Assembly: GCA_016928395.1 (NCBI GenBank)
Contig: JAFGKV010000186.1
Location: forward strand, 599 to 64,598
Direction: 5' to 3'
DNA: 64,000 nt
Source: Candidatus Fermentibacterota bacterium
GTDB lineage: Bacteria > JAFGKV01
The notes under the pieces were generated by a model. That model worked only from the letters and a program-made list of their open reading frames with translations, was not told the origin of the DNA and made no database searches. This document shows, piece after piece, positions 1 to 9,979 of this stretch. The stretch's first letter is position 1; each line of letters opens with the position of its first letter. Made by a program: the position numbers and the translations under genes.

Positions 1-514
1 TGTCCAGAAGGCAGACGAGCACGCCGGATCCGGTATACCCCAGGGCATGCAGGTACGGCACCCTGATCTGGGCGAGTTGCGCCTCGGCGGCGCCGTAGTC
101 GGGCACTCCGCACCCTGCCCTGAGGGGCTCGGGGAAGCTGCGGACATAGCGAGGTATGGGCCGTATTCCCCAGACAAAGGGGAGCGCTGCCAGGCGATCC
201 AGCACCGGCCGGTCAGCCTCCACCGACACGGCGTTGAACCAGCGAGACCGGTGGCGTATCAGGGCGCCCCTCTCCGCCACGGCCTCCACATAGCGTTCAG
301 ATACCTGAAGATCCTCTTCATCGATGAGGCGTGCGGCCTCTCCTCGCACTTTGGCGCGTCTGGCCAGGCACCGAGCCGAGAGCGATGTCCGGGCGAGACC
401 GTCCGCATCGGCCGCCTCGCCTTTGTCCGAAAACAGAACCCAGCAAACCTCGTCCGCTCCAGTGGAGCTCGCCACAGCGGCACCAAGACACAGAATCAGT
501 AGCCACTCACGCAT
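1..514 (-). CDS. S8 (subtilisin-like) secreted serine peptidase, N-terminal part; runs off the window edge
   Basis: Not in the ORF track; translated by hand from ATG 514 with a GGAGG RBS. MREWLLILCLGAAVA signal peptide, WVLFSDK and RSRWFNAVSV propeptide, then LGYTGSGVLVCLLD (catalytic Asp motif) at the edge. Confidence 0.85.
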   Translation of the reverse strand, partial: MREWLLILCLGAAVASSTGADEVCWVLFSDKGEAADADGLARTSLSARCLARRAKVRGEAARLIDEEDLQVSERYVEAVAERGALIRHRSRWFNAVSVEADRPVLDRLAALPFVWGIRPIPRYVRSFPEPLRAGCGVPDYGAAEAQLAQIRVPYLHALGYTGSGVLVCLLD

Positions 515-777
515 CGCGCACCTCCATGGAGGCAAGATAGAGGCCGCCTCCCAGGACGACAATGGGATCCCCAAACTACGGCGGCGGGCGTCCCGTCAAC
601 CATGCATGCCTTCCCCGCCCTGTTGGCCGTTCGAGGGCGTGCACTCCGGTTTATCGGTCCATTCATCCATGCGTGGATCCTTCGAACCCTCATCACGACT
701 CGATCCTTGACCGCGAGGCCCCCGGGCCGTCACTTGTCCCTCCGGCTGAGCGACCTCGCCCACAGAAAGGAGATGCC

Positions 778-2709
778 ATGATCCCGTCGATGGTGATACT
801 GATGACGCTGGTCTCGAACCTGACAGTACAACCCCCTTCGCCTGCGTTGCGCGCCCACGTGGCGCGCGCCAAAGAAGAGGCATACCGGGCCTCACGGGCC
901 GCCATTCCAGAGGAGCAGGTGAGGATCGCCGAGGAGATCGATGTTCGCCGATACGACATCGACCTGACGATTGACCCCGAGGCACGGCTCATTCGCGGAT
1001 GGGTGGGTCTGGCGGCGGAAGTGCTTGCACCGATATCCGCTCTCTCATTGCACATGAACAGCTCCTGGCTTGCCGTGGACAGCGTCTCGGGGCCGGTCGC
1101 GGGGTGGACCCACCAGGCCCACCTGCTGACTCTGCAGCTTGACCGATCCTTCGCCGCGGGCGAACGCGTAGATCTGACTGTCTTCTACCACGGCTCGCCG
1201 CTGTACTCCTCGTTCGGGATACCGTTCTTCGATCAACGCAACGGTGTTCCCCTCATCGCCACCCTCAGCGAACCCTTTGGTGCGCGCAACTGGTGGCCCT
1301 GCAAGGATCAGCCCGACGACAAGGCCGATACGGTCTCCATGACCGTGACCGTGCCCTCGGGCCTTACGGTCGCCTCCAACGGCCGCCTTGTGGGTATCGA
1401 CCTGGCGCCCAACGGTCGCACTCATCGGTGGATTGAGGAATATCCCATTGCGACCTATCTCGTGTCCCTGGCCATCAGCGACTACGTGGCGATTCAGGAA
1501 TGGTATCTCCCCGCCGGCGGGGATTCCGTGCCTGTGGTTCACTACCTCTATTCGGATCTCTCCGGCAATGCGGGGGCCTTCGCGGTGACGGTTCCTGCCA
1601 TGGGGGACCTGGCATCGCGGTTCGGGCCCTACCCGTTCCCCAAGGAGAAGTACGGTCACGCGCTCTTTCCGTGGGGCGGGGCCATGGAGCACCAGACCTG
1701 CACCACCATGGGGGAGCAGGCGGCGAACGGTGGATGGGAGTGGATCATCGTCCACGAGTTGGCTCATCAGTGGTGGGGAGACCTGGTCACCTGCGCCTCG
1801 TTCCATGACATTTGGCTCAACGAGGGATTCGCCACCTACAGTGAAGCACTCTGGCAGGAGGTGCAAGGCGGTATGCCCGCGTACCACGCTGCCATGGCCG
1901 GCAATGCCTTTTATGGCGGCGGGACGGTGTATGTCGAGGACCCCGAGACCGAGGATATCTTCCACTACGGCCTCAGCTACATGAAGGGCGCCTATGTGCT
2001 CCACATGCTGCGTCATGTCGTGGGCGACAGCGCCTTCTTCGATGCACTCCTCGCCTACCGCGAGCGATTCGCCTATGCCAGCGCCACCACCGATGGCTTC
2101 CGGCAGGTTGTCGAGGACGTATCGGCTCGTGATCTGGGCTTCTTCTTCGACCAGTGGATCTATGGATCCCGCTACCCGACCTACGAATACGGGTGGTCCT
2201 GCGATGCCGATGGGTCCGTGTGGAAGACTTCCCTGAGGATCCGCCAATCGCAGACGAATACGGGCTTGTTCACCATGCCGGTGGATGTGCGACTCACGCT
2301 GGATGACGGCACGACGGAGACGGAGATCTTGTGGATACAGGGTTTTGAGACCACGGCGGAACTCCTCACTGACGGGCTGGTTACGGCCGTGGAGCTTGAT
2401 CCCGAAAACTGGGTTCTCTGCCGCAAGACCGAAGTCCCGCTTCGAGGCGATGACTACCCCGGCCCCACCATGCTGACACTCCAGGGCCCTTGGCCGAACC
2501 CATCGACACACGGCGCCGGCCTCATCGCGTGGGCGCCCTGCAGCACGGAGTTGGTGATAGCGGATCTTCTCGGCCGCACGGTAATGAGCAGGCATCTGCA
2601 GCAGGGACGGCATGCGGTCAGGCTTGACCTGGAGGCCGGAGCAGGGGTGTATCTGGTGCGGTTGGTCGGATCCTGCGGCACGGCGACGCGGACAATGGTG
2701 ATCCGCTGA
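778..2709 (+). CDS. M1 family zinc aminopeptidase, secreted, with FlgD/T9SS-like C-terminal domain
   Basis: GAMEH, HELAHQWW and NEGFATY motifs; AAGGAG RBS before ATG 778; C-terminus WPNP...DLLGR...GVYLVRL...TMVIR. Confidence 0.92.
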   Translation: MIPSMVILMTLVSNLTVQPPSPALRAHVARAKEEAYRASRAAIPEEQVRIAEEIDVRRYDIDLTIDPEARLIRGWVGLAAEVLAPISALSLHMNSSWLAVDSVSGPVAGWTHQAHLLTLQLDRSFAAGERVDLTVFYHGSPLYSSFGIPFFDQRNGVPLIATLSEPFGARNWWPCKDQPDDKADTVSMTVTVPSGLTVASNGRLVGIDLAPNGRTHRWIEEYPIATYLVSLAISDYVAIQEWYLPAGGDSVPVVHYLYSDLSGNAGAFAVTVPAMGDLASRFGPYPFPKEKYGHALFPWGGAMEHQTCTTMGEQAANGGWEWIIVHELAHQWWGDLVTCASFHDIWLNEGFATYSEALWQEVQGGMPAYHAAMAGNAFYGGGTVYVEDPETEDIFHYGLSYMKGAYVLHMLRHVVGDSAFFDALLAYRERFAYASATTDGFRQVVEDVSARDLGFFFDQWIYGSRYPTYEYGWSCDADGSVWKTSLRIRQSQTNTGLFTMPVDVRLTLDDGTTETEILWIQGFETTAELLTDGLVTAVELDPENWVLCRKTEVPLRGDDYPGPTMLTLQGPWPNPSTHGAGLIAWAPCSTELVIADLLGRTVMSRHLQQGRHAVRLDLEAGAGVYLVRLVGSCGTATRTMVIR

Positions 2710-2807
2710 GCAACCCTTGACAGGCCGGCCCTATACCATTCCATGATAAGGTTGCCTTGTTCTCTGTGGCGGTTTCCCCCGGCGATGCCGTCTTGAAAGG
2801 AGTATGC

Positions 2808-3209
2808 GTGAAGGATCCCGAGGCCCTGGCCATGGCCGCAGCCACCCTGGCGGCCGACGAACTGGCGACCGACATCGTGGTGCTCGATCTGCGCACCCTG
2901 AGCGATGTCGTCGACTTCTTTGTGATTGCCTCATCACCATCCGATATGCACCTGCACGCCATCGCCTCGGGCATTGAGGACGGTCTGCGCCACAAGGGGA
3001 CAGCGCCCCATCATAGGGAGGGCGGGGCCGGATCACGGTGGATCCTCTTGGACTACATCGATGTCATCGTGCATCTCATGCATCCGTCCATCCGGACATT
3101 CTATTCCCTTGAGGAGCTGTGGGGCGACGCGCCGACGAGACGCGTGGAAACGCGACGGCTCTCTTCGGAAATCTCCGACGGGATTGACCTTGATGATATC
3201 GACGCTTGA
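2808..3209 (+). CDS. rsfS: Ribosome silencing factor RsfS (Iojap)
   Basis: DIVVLDL, DFFVIAS, WILLDYIDVIVH, FYSLEELW; GTG start after AAGGAG. Confidence 0.93.
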   Translation: MKDPEALAMAAATLAADELATDIVVLDLRTLSDVVDFFVIASSPSDMHLHAIASGIEDGLRHKGTAPHHREGGAGSRWILLDYIDVIVHLMHPSIRTFYSLEELWGDAPTRRVETRRLSSEISDGIDLDDIDA

Positions 3210-4836
3210 GCAAGTCGTAGACCTGCTCAAGCAGGAGATCGCCACTGCGGCGGGAGATGCCGCGGCAGATGTGGCCCCCGTCATCGAGCGGCCGAAGGAG
3301 GCGGGGCATGGTGATTTCTCCTGCAATATCGCGTTGCTGTTGGCCCCCAGCGTCGGAAGACCACCTCGAGATATCGCCCGCGACATCGTCTCCCGCCTGA
3401 GCATGCCGGCTGATACGGTGGAGGAGGTAGAAATCGCCGGGCCGGGATTCATCAACTTCACGCTCTCACCCGCGATGCTGCATAGAGGGCTTGTCGGTAC
3501 TTTGACCCAGGGTGATGCCTTCGGGACTCTCACCACCGGCGCTGGCTTACGAGCCCAGGTGGAGTTCGTGTCGGCGAACCCCACGGGTCCCCTCACCATA
3601 GGCCACGGTCGTCAGGCCGTGCTGGGCGACGTGGTCGCGCGTCTGCTGGCCAACGCGGGCTACAGGGTGGAGCGGGAGTATTACTTCAACGATGCCGGCC
3701 GCCAGATTGCCCTGCTGGGCGAATCGGTTCGAGCCCATTACCTGACCCAGCTTGGACAGCCTTCGTCGCCACCTGAAGGAGGGTATCAGGGAGACTATGT
3801 GGAAGAGATCGCGCACGCCTTTCGGGCCGCCCACGGCGACACCCTTCCACCCCCCGACATTGACGTCTTCTCCGAGTTCGGCACGATGTCGAACTTCGCC
3901 GCAATCCGTCGGACCTTGGATCGATTGCGGGTCTCGTTCGACTCCTACTACAGCGAGAGGAGCCTCTACGAAAGCGGCCGCATCAACGAGACCGTGCGCG
4001 CATTGCGGGAGGCCGGGCTTGCGTATGACAAAGACAACGCGGTCTGGCTGGCGGGGACGAAGCTACAGCTGGACCAGGATTGGGTCATGGTGCGCAGCAA
4101 TGGTGAACCGACCTATCGGCTTCCCGACATCGCCTATCACCGGCACAAGCTGCAGCGGGGATTCGATCTGATCATAGACGTGTTCGGCGCTGATCATCAT
4201 GCAACCTATCCCGTGGTGCTGGCCGCGGTGCACGCTTTGGGCGGCGATGTTTCCCGGTTCCAGGTGCTCATCCACCAGTTCGTCACGGTGAAACGCGGAG
4301 GCCAGGAAGTCCGGATGTCGAAACGATCGGGCGAGTTTTCGACCCTGGATTGGCTGCTAGACGAGGTGGGGGTTGATGCGGTTCGGTACTTCTTCCTGCT
4401 GCGCGTGCGCTCCAGCCATCTGGCCTTCGACATCGACCTGGCTCTCAAGCAGAGCGAGGAGAATCCGGTGTTCTATGTCCAGTACGGCCATGCCCGAACC
4501 TCAGGCATCTTGCGGTTCGCCTCCGAGCAGGGGTTCAACAGCGACGGTTTATTCGATCCAGGAATGCTGTCGCAACCGGAAGAACTTGCCCTGATCCGCG
4601 AGATCCTCCAGTTTCCGGAGATACTCCGTCAGGCAACGGAGTCGCTGGAACCGCAGAAGATCACTGTGTCTCTACGTAACGTGGCCACTGCGTTTCACCA
4701 GTTCTATCAGCATCACCGCGTCATCGGCGAGGATCGGGACCTCTCGCGGGCGCGGCTGGCCTTGGTCCGCGCCACCCGTATCGTTTTGGCGCGGGGTCTT
4801 TCACTCCTGGGCGTCACGGCGCCTGAACGCATGTAG
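3193..4836 (+). CDS. argS: Arginine--tRNA ligase
   Basis: VEFVSANPTGPLTIGHGRQA, EYYFNDAG, RMSKRSG, NPVFYVQYGHAR, C-terminal APERM. Confidence 0.97.
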   Translation: MISTLEQVVDLLKQEIATAAGDAAADVAPVIERPKEAGHGDFSCNIALLLAPSVGRPPRDIARDIVSRLSMPADTVEEVEIAGPGFINFTLSPAMLHRGLVGTLTQGDAFGTLTTGAGLRAQVEFVSANPTGPLTIGHGRQAVLGDVVARLLANAGYRVEREYYFNDAGRQIALLGESVRAHYLTQLGQPSSPPEGGYQGDYVEEIAHAFRAAHGDTLPPPDIDVFSEFGTMSNFAAIRRTLDRLRVSFDSYYSERSLYESGRINETVRALREAGLAYDKDNAVWLAGTKLQLDQDWVMVRSNGEPTYRLPDIAYHRHKLQRGFDLIIDVFGADHHATYPVVLAAVHALGGDVSRFQVLIHQFVTVKRGGQEVRMSKRSGEFSTLDWLLDEVGVDAVRYFFLLRVRSSHLAFDIDLALKQSEENPVFYVQYGHARTSGILRFASEQGFNSDGLFDPGMLSQPEELALIREILQFPEILRQATESLEPQKITVSLRNVATAFHQFYQHHRVIGEDRDLSRARLALVRATRIVLARGLSLLGVTAPERM

Positions 4837-4849
4837 ACGAGGAGGAACC

Positions 4850-5716
4850 ATGCACCGTGTGGATCTGGCGGTGATCGGGGGGACCGGTCTGTACGATATG
4901 GATGTGGTCGAAGTGATCGACCGCATTCGTCCCCGCACCCCCTACGGTCCGCCGTCGGACGAAATCACCGTCGGCCGCCTCCACGGCCTCATGGTGGCGT
5001 TCCTTCCCCGGCATGGAAGAGGGCACCGTCTGCTGCCGTCGGAGATTCCGTACCGCGCCAACGTGTTCGCCCTGAAACAGTTGGGCGCAACCAGAGTGGT
5101 GTCTCTCAGCGCGGTGGGCTCCCTGAGCGACCGGCTCAAGCCTATGGATATCGCGGTGCCGGACCAGATAGTCGACAAGACATGGGGCAGGCCCTCGACC
5201 TTCTTTGGTGACGGTGTAGTGGCACATGTCGAGTTCAGCGCCCCGGTCTGTGCCACACTGAGAGCGGTCGCATCGGCGGCGGTCAGGCAAGTGACCGGCA
5301 CGGTCCACGACGGCGGCACCTATGTCTGTATGGAGGGCCCGGCCTTCAGCAGTAAGGCGGAGTCGCTGCTACACCGCTCGTGGGGTATGGATGTCATCGG
5401 GATGACCGCCATGCCCGAGGCGAAGCTCGTCCGTGAGGCCGAGATGTGCTACTGCCTCATCAGCCTCGTGACCGACTATGACGCCTGGCATGAGACCGAG
5501 GAGCCGGTTTCCGCCGACATGATTCTCACCTACCTGCGGAAGAATGCAGAGAATGCCAAAGCCATCATCAGCGCTATGGCGGATAGTCTTCCGGCGGGCC
5601 GAAGCTGTTCGTGCGGCACGACCTTGAGCCGCGCGTTGGTCACAGACCTGACGAGAGCCCCCTTCAGCACCGTGGAGCGCTTGCGGCCGCTCCTGGCCCC
5701 CTACTTGAAGGCTTAG
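4850..5716 (+). CDS. mtnP: S-methyl-5'-thioadenosine phosphorylase
   Basis: IGGTGLY, FLPRHG, PYRAN, MEGPAFS, IGMTAMPEAKL, VTDYDAW. Confidence 0.93.
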   Translation: MHRVDLAVIGGTGLYDMDVVEVIDRIRPRTPYGPPSDEITVGRLHGLMVAFLPRHGRGHRLLPSEIPYRANVFALKQLGATRVVSLSAVGSLSDRLKPMDIAVPDQIVDKTWGRPSTFFGDGVVAHVEFSAPVCATLRAVASAAVRQVTGTVHDGGTYVCMEGPAFSSKAESLLHRSWGMDVIGMTAMPEAKLVREAEMCYCLISLVTDYDAWHETEEPVSADMILTYLRKNAENAKAIISAMADSLPAGRSCSCGTTLSRALVTDLTRAPFSTVERLRPLLAPYLKA

Positions 5717-5720
5717 CGGG

Positions 5721-6680
5721 ATGATACGGCAGGAAGGGTGCGCACCACTGCTAGTGGTAGGGTCTGTTGCCCTTGATTCAGTCACGACTCCGTTTGGCGA
5801 AGCGACGGACATGCTGGGGGGATCTGCGGTGTATTTCTCTCTGGCTGCGTCGCTGTTCGTACCGGTGAGCATCGTGGGCGTCGTTGGTGCCGATTTCTCA
5901 ACCAGTCATCTTGACCTGCTCCGTGCGAGAGGGGTCGACACCCAGGGGCTCCAGCAGATGCCAGGGTCGACGTTCCGATGGGGCGGGCGGTATGGCTATG
6001 ACCTGAACCAACGGGATACTCTGTTTACCGAACTCAATGTCTTTGAGCATTTCAGGCCATCAATTCCGGAGTGCTACCGGGATACCCCCTTTCTCTTCTT
6101 AGGCAATATCGATCCCGAGCTTCAGCGGATGGTCTTGGACCAGATTCATTCCCCCGTTTTGGTGGCGGGCGATACCATGAACTTCTGGATCGAGGGCAAA
6201 CGCGAGGCGCTCATGTCGGTGGTGGCCCGCCTCGATGTGCTGATGCTCAATGACAGCGAGGTGCGATTGCTCACCGGCGAACCAAACTTGGTTCGTGCCG
6301 CCCGTCAGGTGCTGGTTCGTGGCCCGAAAAGCGTCGTGATCAAGAAGGGTGAACACGGCGCCATGATGCTCATGCCCGAGGGATGCGTGTTCGCGCCGCC
6401 GTTTCCCCTGGAGTTGGTGGTAGATCCCACAGGCGCTGGGGATTCCTTCGCCGGTGGATTCATGGGGTATCTGGCATCCTGCCAAGTAGTCGGGGAGGCC
6501 GAACTCCGGCGCGCCGTGATGTACGGCTCGGTGGTCGCATCGTACAGCGTCGAAGATTTCGGCGTGCGACGACTGGCGTGCTTGACTCGTGAGGAAGTCG
6601 AGGGGCGTGCCGTCGAGTTCGGAAGAATGACGGTCCTTGATCTCTCTCGCAGAGAACAGGGCCTTCCGGAGACCGACTGA
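5721..6680 (+). CDS. PfkB-family carbohydrate/nucleoside kinase
   Basis: VGSVALD, GGSAVY, KKGEHGA and the DPTGAGDSFAGG PfkB signature. Confidence 0.9.
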   Translation: MIRQEGCAPLLVVGSVALDSVTTPFGEATDMLGGSAVYFSLAASLFVPVSIVGVVGADFSTSHLDLLRARGVDTQGLQQMPGSTFRWGGRYGYDLNQRDTLFTELNVFEHFRPSIPECYRDTPFLFLGNIDPELQRMVLDQIHSPVLVAGDTMNFWIEGKREALMSVVARLDVLMLNDSEVRLLTGEPNLVRAARQVLVRGPKSVVIKKGEHGAMMLMPEGCVFAPPFPLELVVDPTGAGDSFAGGFMGYLASCQVVGEAELRRAVMYGSVVASYSVEDFGVRRLACLTREEVEGRAVEFGRMTVLDLSRREQGLPETD

Positions 6681-6821
6681 GCGGCACGACACCGTCCATT
6701 TCGAATAGCCCGGAGGGCTCGACTGCCTCGAAGGATCGGCTCATTCCGCGCATGAGTGAGGACGGCGCAAAGCATTCTGCTCCAAGAGCATCCCACAACC
6801 TCTCTGCTCCGAGGAACCACA

Positions 6822-8321
6822 ATGCTTCTTCGTGATGGGTTGAACCTTCGGGTGGTGACCCTGCTGGTCTTGTCTGCCGCAGCGGTCACCCTGTCGTTTC
6901 CGCGCACAGCCCTCTACGCTTTGGTCTTCGTCGCGCTTGCCCCCACTCTGTTCGTATGCCACGGAGCCCGCGCAGGCGCCGTGTTCGCCTTTCGGGCGGG
7001 ATGGGCCATGGGGTTTTTGGCCCACATGGGCACGCTCTGGTGGATCGCGCGGCTCTATCCCACGGAGATCACGTATCCCTGGTTACGGCTTCCCATCCTG
7101 ATTCTCTTGGCAGCCTTCGAGGGGTTATTTTACGGGCTTGCATTCCTGGGATGGAACGCCGCCTCCCGCCACGGCCGGTGGTGGCTGTGGCCCGGAGTCT
7201 GGGTTGTCACGGAGTATGCCCGGTCTTTGACGACATTGGCATTCCCATGGACGGTGCTGGCCAATACCTTAACCGCACAACCGCTGCTCCTCCAGCCGGC
7301 AGCCGTGGGCGGCGTCTGGCTTCTAGACCTGGGCCTGGCTGCCGTGAACATGCTGGTCTTCAAGGCTGTGGAGCGGCCCCGGTATGCCGCCGTCGCCGCC
7401 GGGCTTCTTGCCTGCTGGATCGGGGGGAGCATCCTATCCATGGACACCGAGGCAGGCTCCGTGGATGTGGCAATCGTTCAGCCCAATGCACTCCCCGAGT
7501 TCAAATGGCATCAGGGGGGCAAAAGCCGCGTATTGAGCGATCTGGAAGCGCTTTCCTTCGCCGCCGCGGAGTCCTTACGCGATGCCCGCGCGCCGCTTTT
7601 GATTTGGCCCGAGACGGCCCTGCCTATGGTGGTGCGCCCCGGAGGAAGCGCCGAGTTCTGGCTGGCGCGCCTTGTGGATGAGCTGGGCATGCCCCTCATT
7701 ACGGGGGCCCTGGGAACCTCATACCATCGAGGCCAGGATCTTCTCACCAATGCGGCGGTGGCGGTGATACCCGGACGCGGAATCGTCGGGCGCTATGACA
7801 AGCTCCACTTGGTACCGTTCAGCGAGAAGATGCCGTTCTCCGACACCTTTCCCGCCATGAAGAACATCAACTTCGGCCAGGGCGACTATGCACCCGGTAT
7901 CGAGTCGGTCATGCTGGAGGCCGGCGGCATACGCGTCGGCGTACTCATCTGTTTCGAGGCCATCCTTCCTGCACTCGTCCGCCAGCATAGTGACTCCGGG
8001 GCCGAGCTGTTCGCCAACATCACGAACGACTCCTGGTTCGGGCAGTCGGGTGCACCGGAGCAGCATGCATCTATCTCGATTCTCCGGGCAGTGGAGCACC
8101 GGAGGTGGCTCGTACGGGCAGCCAATACCGGCCTGAGCATCATTGTGGATCCGTGGGGCCGGGTGATACGGCGCGGCGGGATGTTCCGCCCAGAAGTGAT
8201 CACGGGTTCGGTGCGGCCGCGCAGCGATCGCACGGTCTACGCCCGCACGGGCGACTGGGCCGCCTGGCTGGGCATCCTGGCCGTCGCGTGGGTTGCCGTT
8301 GAAGCATGGATCCGCCGATGA
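6822..8321 (+). CDS. lnt: Apolipoprotein N-acyltransferase
   Basis: TM-rich N-terminus, VQPN, IWPETA, YDKLHLVPFSE, LICFEA, ITNDSWFG, RAANTG. Confidence 0.93.
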   Translation: MLLRDGLNLRVVTLLVLSAAAVTLSFPRTALYALVFVALAPTLFVCHGARAGAVFAFRAGWAMGFLAHMGTLWWIARLYPTEITYPWLRLPILILLAAFEGLFYGLAFLGWNAASRHGRWWLWPGVWVVTEYARSLTTLAFPWTVLANTLTAQPLLLQPAAVGGVWLLDLGLAAVNMLVFKAVERPRYAAVAAGLLACWIGGSILSMDTEAGSVDVAIVQPNALPEFKWHQGGKSRVLSDLEALSFAAAESLRDARAPLLIWPETALPMVVRPGGSAEFWLARLVDELGMPLITGALGTSYHRGQDLLTNAAVAVIPGRGIVGRYDKLHLVPFSEKMPFSDTFPAMKNINFGQGDYAPGIESVMLEAGGIRVGVLICFEAILPALVRQHSDSGAELFANITNDSWFGQSGAPEQHASISILRAVEHRRWLVRAANTGLSIIVDPWGRVIRRGGMFRPEVITGSVRPRSDRTVYARTGDWAAWLGILAVAWVAVEAWIRR

Positions 8322-9013
8322 GCCGCCCACGCATCCTGCTGACCAGTGACCGCGCCGTGGTGGGGGATCCCCCGCGCTTGGCCGACTTTGTCAACGCAGT
8401 GTATACCGAGGCTGTAGAGCGTGCCGGTGGACTGGTCACGCTGCTGCCCGCTGGCGATATCCATCGTGTGGCCGAGGCGCTAACCCACGCTGACGGCGTC
8501 CTCCTGACAGGAGGCCCGGACTACCGCAGAGCTGGTCTTGATCCCCATTCACGATATTGCCACACGCACCGCGAGAAACGTGATCTCGCGCTGTGGCCAC
8601 TCCTGGCGGAGCGATACCATGCTGTTCTGGGAATCTGTTTGGGCATGCAGCTCATGACGTTAGGAGCTGGGGGCGCATTGTACCAGGATCTTCCATCCCA
8701 AGCTCCTGATGCCGGGCTTCACCGAGGTACGCACCACCGCGTACGGCTGCGCCCCGACAGCAGGTTGGGAAGACTCCTCGGAAACACGATACTCGTCAAT
8801 TCCCGGCATCACCAGGCACTGAAACAGCCCGGCCACGGCTTCGTTGTCGCAGGATGGGCGACTGACGGCCTTGTCGAGGCCATTGAGGCTCCCGGACAGA
8901 GGTTCCTAGTCGGCGTGCAGTGGCACCCGGAAGGCATGCGCAGAAGCGCCCCTCAGCAGCGGCTCTTTCGCGCCTTCGTAGAGGCTTCGGGCAACGGTGG
9001 AAGATGGCCGTAG
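8318..9013 (+). CDS. Gamma-glutamyl-gamma-aminobutyrate hydrolase family (peptidase C26, class I GATase)
   Basis: LLTGGPD, LGICLGMQ, VNSRHHQA, GVQWHPE; ATGA overlap with lnt. Confidence 0.88.
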   Translation: MSRPRILLTSDRAVVGDPPRLADFVNAVYTEAVERAGGLVTLLPAGDIHRVAEALTHADGVLLTGGPDYRRAGLDPHSRYCHTHREKRDLALWPLLAERYHAVLGICLGMQLMTLGAGGALYQDLPSQAPDAGLHRGTHHRVRLRPDSRLGRLLGNTILVNSRHHQALKQPGHGFVVAGWATDGLVEAIEAPGQRFLVGVQWHPEGMRRSAPQQRLFRAFVEASGNGGRWP

Positions 9014-9786
9014 GCGACGATCTTCTCGCCGCAGTCCAAGAGGTGGCCCGGGAGGCGGGAGATCTCCTAAGGCGCTCGTTTCGGCGACCCATGAGTATTT
9101 CGTATAAGGGACTCGCCAATCTAGTGACCGACGCCGACACCGCCAGTGAACGCCTCATCCGCACGGGACTCGAGCGCATACTGCCCGGCGTCTCTTTCCT
9201 CGGCGAGGAGAGCGGGGGAGATCTGTCCGTTTCGGGCCAGACCTGGGTCGTGGACCCCCTGGATGGAACCACCAACTTCGCGCACGGCTTCCCCTGGTTC
9301 TGTGTCAGTATCGCCCTGGTCGAGGAGAGCCAGCCTCTCCTGGGCGTGGTGTACCACCCCATGATGGACGAGTGTTTCATCGCCCGAAGGGGTAGTGGTG
9401 CGTTCTGCAATGGTCAGCGTCTTGCGGTTTCCACGATTCCCAGCGTGGCTGAGTCGCTCCTGACCACCGGATTCTACTATCACAAGGGTGATGAGTTGTC
9501 GCGCCAAGTCACCCTATTTCATCGCATTCACCAGAAGGCCCAGACAATCCGACGGCCGGGCAGCGCCGCCTTGGATCTTGCGTATGTGGCCGCTGGGTAC
9601 TTCGATGGCTTCTGGGAGAAGGGCCTTGCCCCGTGGGACGTAGCCGCGGGCTTCCTGCTGGTGCGCGAGGCCGGAGGAGTGGTCACGGACTACGCCGGTG
9701 CACCGGTGTCCGTCGACACGGCCGAGACGCTTGCCACCAACGGGCTGATTCACCATGCCTTGAGAATTCTCCTCCGCGGTACGTGA
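9004..9786 (+). CDS. suhB: Inositol monophosphatase family protein (SuhB)
   Basis: LGEE, WVVDPLDGTTNFAH, GSAALDLAYVA, WDVAAG. Confidence 0.9.
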   Translation: MAVGDDLLAAVQEVAREAGDLLRRSFRRPMSISYKGLANLVTDADTASERLIRTGLERILPGVSFLGEESGGDLSVSGQTWVVDPLDGTTNFAHGFPWFCVSIALVEESQPLLGVVYHPMMDECFIARRGSGAFCNGQRLAVSTIPSVAESLLTTGFYYHKGDELSRQVTLFHRIHQKAQTIRRPGSAALDLAYVAAGYFDGFWEKGLAPWDVAAGFLLVREAGGVVTDYAGAPVSVDTAETLATNGLIHHALRILLRGT

Positions 9787-9979
9787 AGAAATCCGCGGGC
9801 ACGGGTCTTGCCTGTGTCCCATGTGTGGGGCTCTGGACGGCCTGCAAAGTGAGAGGTAATTCGAAACACGACCGCATTGGTCAGTGGTGCCGTGGGTGCG
9901 GCAGGAAAGGAGGCATGTTCGGAGACGGCGCGTTCCGGTGACCCTGCGTTGCATACCGTGTTCTCCAGGAGGTGAAACA

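Noticed and set aside
1045-2613. Long antisense ORFs (e.g. 1045-2613, 27965-29464, 58301-59275, 61693-62664, 47-502)
   Set aside because: Shadow frames of well-supported genes in high-GC DNA with no recognisable motifs.
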